Below, in pieces: positions 61,935 through 64,000 of a stretch of DNA of 64,000 nt; the first letter of the stretch is position 1, and the number at the start of each line of letters is the position of its first letter. A program made the translations under genes and the position numbers. Source of the DNA: a bacterium. Its GTDB lineage: Bacteria > Electryoneota > JAOADG01. Under the pieces are notes generated by a model. The model saw only the letters and a list, made by a program, of their open reading frames with translations. It was not told the origin of the DNA and did not search any database. The stretch spans positions 3,712,001 to 3,776,000 of the forward strand of contig OY820579.1 of the NCBI GenBank assembly GCA_963681965.1. The letters run 5' to 3'.

Positions 61935-62164
61935 GGTAGCGGCGGACTTTAGTCCGCTGTCTTTGTTGTTTTCTGTGTAGCCGCAGGCTTTAGTCCGCTG
62001 TCTTTGTCGATTTCTATGTAGCCGCAGGCTTTAGTCCGCTGTCTTTGTAGTTTTCTGTGTAGCAGCAGGCATTAGTCCGCTGTCTTTGTCGATTTCTATG
62101 TAGCCGCAGGCTTTAGTCCGCTGTCTTTGTTATTTTCTGTGTAGCCGCTAGCATTAGCCTGCGC
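61935..62164 (+). repeat. 41-bp tandem array of chimeric REP-like units (heads at 61936, 61977, 62018, 62059, 62100, 62141)
   Basis: Unit GTAGCCGCAGGCTTTAGTCCGCTGTCTTTGTNNNTTTCTRT. Confidence 0.92.
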
Positions 62165-62256
62165 TCTGGTTCTTTTCCGTTCATCATCGATCGAACCCGA
62201 CCGTTCAAGAATAGCAGATAAAAATAAAGTCCGCCCATACAAATCCATGTGTTTAT

Positions 62257-62447
62257 GGTAGGGGCGGTTCGCGAACCGCCCGTGTCCACTGATGTAAGGC
62301 GAATGTATCAGGATTCACTAATCACAAATAATCTTTTAAATCGCATGCACAAAATTCAAAATTTGCAACTTTCCGGAGTCAAGGCGGACGCGCAAGAACG
62401 CCCCTACCACGAGATTTATATCAGCGTCGGACTAAAGTCCAACCTCC
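62257..62447. repeat. Three further REP-like hairpins
   Basis: GTAGGGGCGGTTCGCGAACCGCCC (+), GGCGGACGCGCAAGAACGCCCCTAC (-), GTCGGACTAAAGTCCAACCTCC (-). Confidence 0.8.
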
Positions 62448-62456
62448 GAATTTGCT

Positions 62457-62864
62457 TTATTCTTCTTCCTCCACACCCTTCTTCTTGAAAATCTTCCGCC
62501 GCATCACCAATGTCGTTACCGACATCAGCACCAGGATCGCAATAAAAAAACGCATGCCGTAGAGACCTTCCCGCCACTCGCAGCGCATTAGATACGAGGT
62601 AGCATCAAGCACACCCACCATCATCGACCACCACAGAATAAAAAACAGGCAGAAGGCACTCACGTTCCGTTGCAATCGCAGCTCCTTCAGCATCGTGCGG
62701 AGTTCGGCATTGGTCGTGCTGGCGGTCGGCATCAACGTTTTAGTAGTTGTTTTCTTCATCGGCCAAAACGACTTGCCATTCATCATCTTGACCCAGTCCC
62801 ATGCCATCCACCAACTGAACAATCCGTAAACGATGTACATAAACCAATTAAATTCTTCAGTCAT
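62457..62864 (-). CDS. Hypothetical three-TM membrane protein
   Basis: GGAGG RBS before MTEEF; TTGCAG-17 nt-TATACT upstream; three hydrophobic segments. Confidence 0.7.
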   Translation of the reverse strand: MTEEFNWFMYIVYGLFSWWMAWDWVKMMNGKSFWPMKKTTTKTLMPTASTTNAELRTMLKELRLQRNVSAFCLFFILWWSMMVGVLDATSYLMRCEWREGLYGMRFFIAILVLMSVTTLVMRRKIFKKKGVEEEE

Positions 62865-63041
62865 CGCGCCTCCGCAGTTCGCCACCGCAATCCAATTGAT
62901 CGTCAATTGTTCAATGGAATAGTATATTGCAAGAAATCAAGCGCTGCAATCGATATTCATCGCAAAGTAATTTTTTCAAGATTGAATTCGAGGCGACGGG
63001 ATTCGAACAGCAATTCGAATTAAAAACGGAAAACATAAGAA

Positions 63042-63305
63042 CGCAGGCTGAAGCCTGCGGCTACAAAGAAAACAAAAAAATAGCGGACTAAAGTCCGCCG
63101 CTACCTATTTCCCGGTTCGGAGTTTCTGATGGAACAATAATCCGAGAAAACGTCACGAAAAGAGTCGGACTAAAGTCCAACCTCCGAATCAAGATTATTC
63201 TTCTACCACCCATCGGAACGAATATTGTAACTCTCGAAAATTAGTTGTTATCGCTAGTAGGGGCGGGTCCCCGCGCCCGCCCGCAGGTCAGGCGAAGCCT
63301 GACAC
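63042..63305. repeat. REP-like cluster (five hairpins)
   Basis: CGCAGGCTGAAGCCTGCGGCTAC, GCGGACTAAAGTCCGCCGCTAC, GTAGGGGCGGGTCCCCGCGCCCGCCC and others. Confidence 0.85.
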
Positions 63306-63348
63306 CGAACCAAGACAACTGATTTTCAAGAACACAAAAAAAAATGAC

Positions 63349-63382
63349 AAAAAAAATCACCCGCACATCCAGTACGGGTGAT
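63349..63382 (-). terminator. Intrinsic terminator after ric
   Basis: ATCACCCG..CGGGTGAT hairpin plus T run on the minus strand. Confidence 0.7.
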
Positions 63383-63406
63383 AATGAATCGTCGTCGATG
63401 GTTTCG

Positions 63407-64000
63407 TCAGTTATGTGCTTCGATCAACTCATTGGCAAGTTTACTGGCACGCGGAAACAGAATGTTGTTCTCTTTGTGCATGTGGAGATGGAGATCGCGT
63501 TCCAGATCGGATAGTGCGCGTAGAAACCGTCGATAGCTCTCGCCGGTATCGGCTGGTGCGGTAAAATTGTTCGACAATTTCCGTAATTGCCGGAAATCGT
63601 CGGCGGACGAATCATGCTCGCGAATCCGCACCCGAATCTGGCTGGCGGGATTGACATCGGCTTGCCAATGACCCTCGCCACGTTCGATCTCGCAGATGGT
63701 CGGAAACAACACCTTCTCTTCAGTCATGATGTGTGCTTCCATTGCGAACCGGAACGCGCCGAACACCTTCTCGATCTGATGAATTTCGGGATGATCCTTC
63801 CCGTAATTTTCCGATACTTCTCCGGATAAATCGAATAGCTCCGGCAATTCTTTGCGCAATCGGGTATGATGAATTCCAATAATATTGTCGACCAATTCCT
63901 GCAGCGATAATGCCGACCACTCCGGATCGTTATAGGTCGCATATTTCCGGTCGAATTCCTGCATCTCGGTACGTAACGTATCCGGCAACAAGCCAATCGA
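63407..64000 (-). CDS. ric: Iron-sulfur cluster repair di-iron protein (ScdA/YtfE), 5'-truncated by the window edge
   Basis: L.D.I...HH..LR.ELP, H...EE.VLFP, EHD, H.HKENNILFP hemerythrin motifs. Confidence 0.9.
   Translation of the reverse strand, partial: SIGLLPDTLRTEMQEFDRKYATYNDPEWSALSLQELVDNIIGIHHTRLRKELPELFDLSGEVSENYGKDHPEIHQIEKVFGAFRFAMEAHIMTEEKVLFPTICEIERGEGHWQADVNPASQIRVRIREHDSSADDFRQLRKLSNNFTAPADTGESYRRFLRALSDLERDLHLHMHKENNILFPRASKLANELIEAHN

Noticed and set aside
61935-62164. CRISPR array
   Set aside because: It is a 41-bp tandem repeat with near-identical linkers rather than unique spacers.

Overview
Bacterial chromosomal window. The gene content (Por/T9SS-type C-terminal sorting domains, kdsB/kdsC, lptABC-rpoN, DUF5683) suggests a diderm FCB-superphylum lineage; this is inference, not a classification. 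From 5.9 to 25.1 kb lies a co-oriented array of nine secreted proteins (P-domain, C-type lectin, two LVIVD, five YCF48/BNR propellers), all ending in a sorting domain whose DNA is partly identical between unrelated passengers. The rest is mostly housekeeping: ppdK, accD-rimI, folP, ruvC, gatC-kdsB, folB-folK, hutI, kdsC-lptC-lptA-lptB-rpoN and ric. The intergenic DNA holds about 15 distinct GTAG/GGAG/GGTG-hairpin (REP-like) families arranged in polarised mixed clusters, and some have invaded a coding sequence. It also holds two classes of degenerate 7-nt-period tracts, one of which has exactly five units in all seven copies. Other notable items are a complete 1063-bp IS256-like element inserted in a REP-like repeat, a PPDK with a histone-H1-like tail, and an unassigned structured RNA candidate upstream of an orphan gene. 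No CRISPR array, rRNA, tRNA, reverse transcriptase, integrase or RAYT gene was seen. All calls come from reading the sequence by eye; no searches were run.
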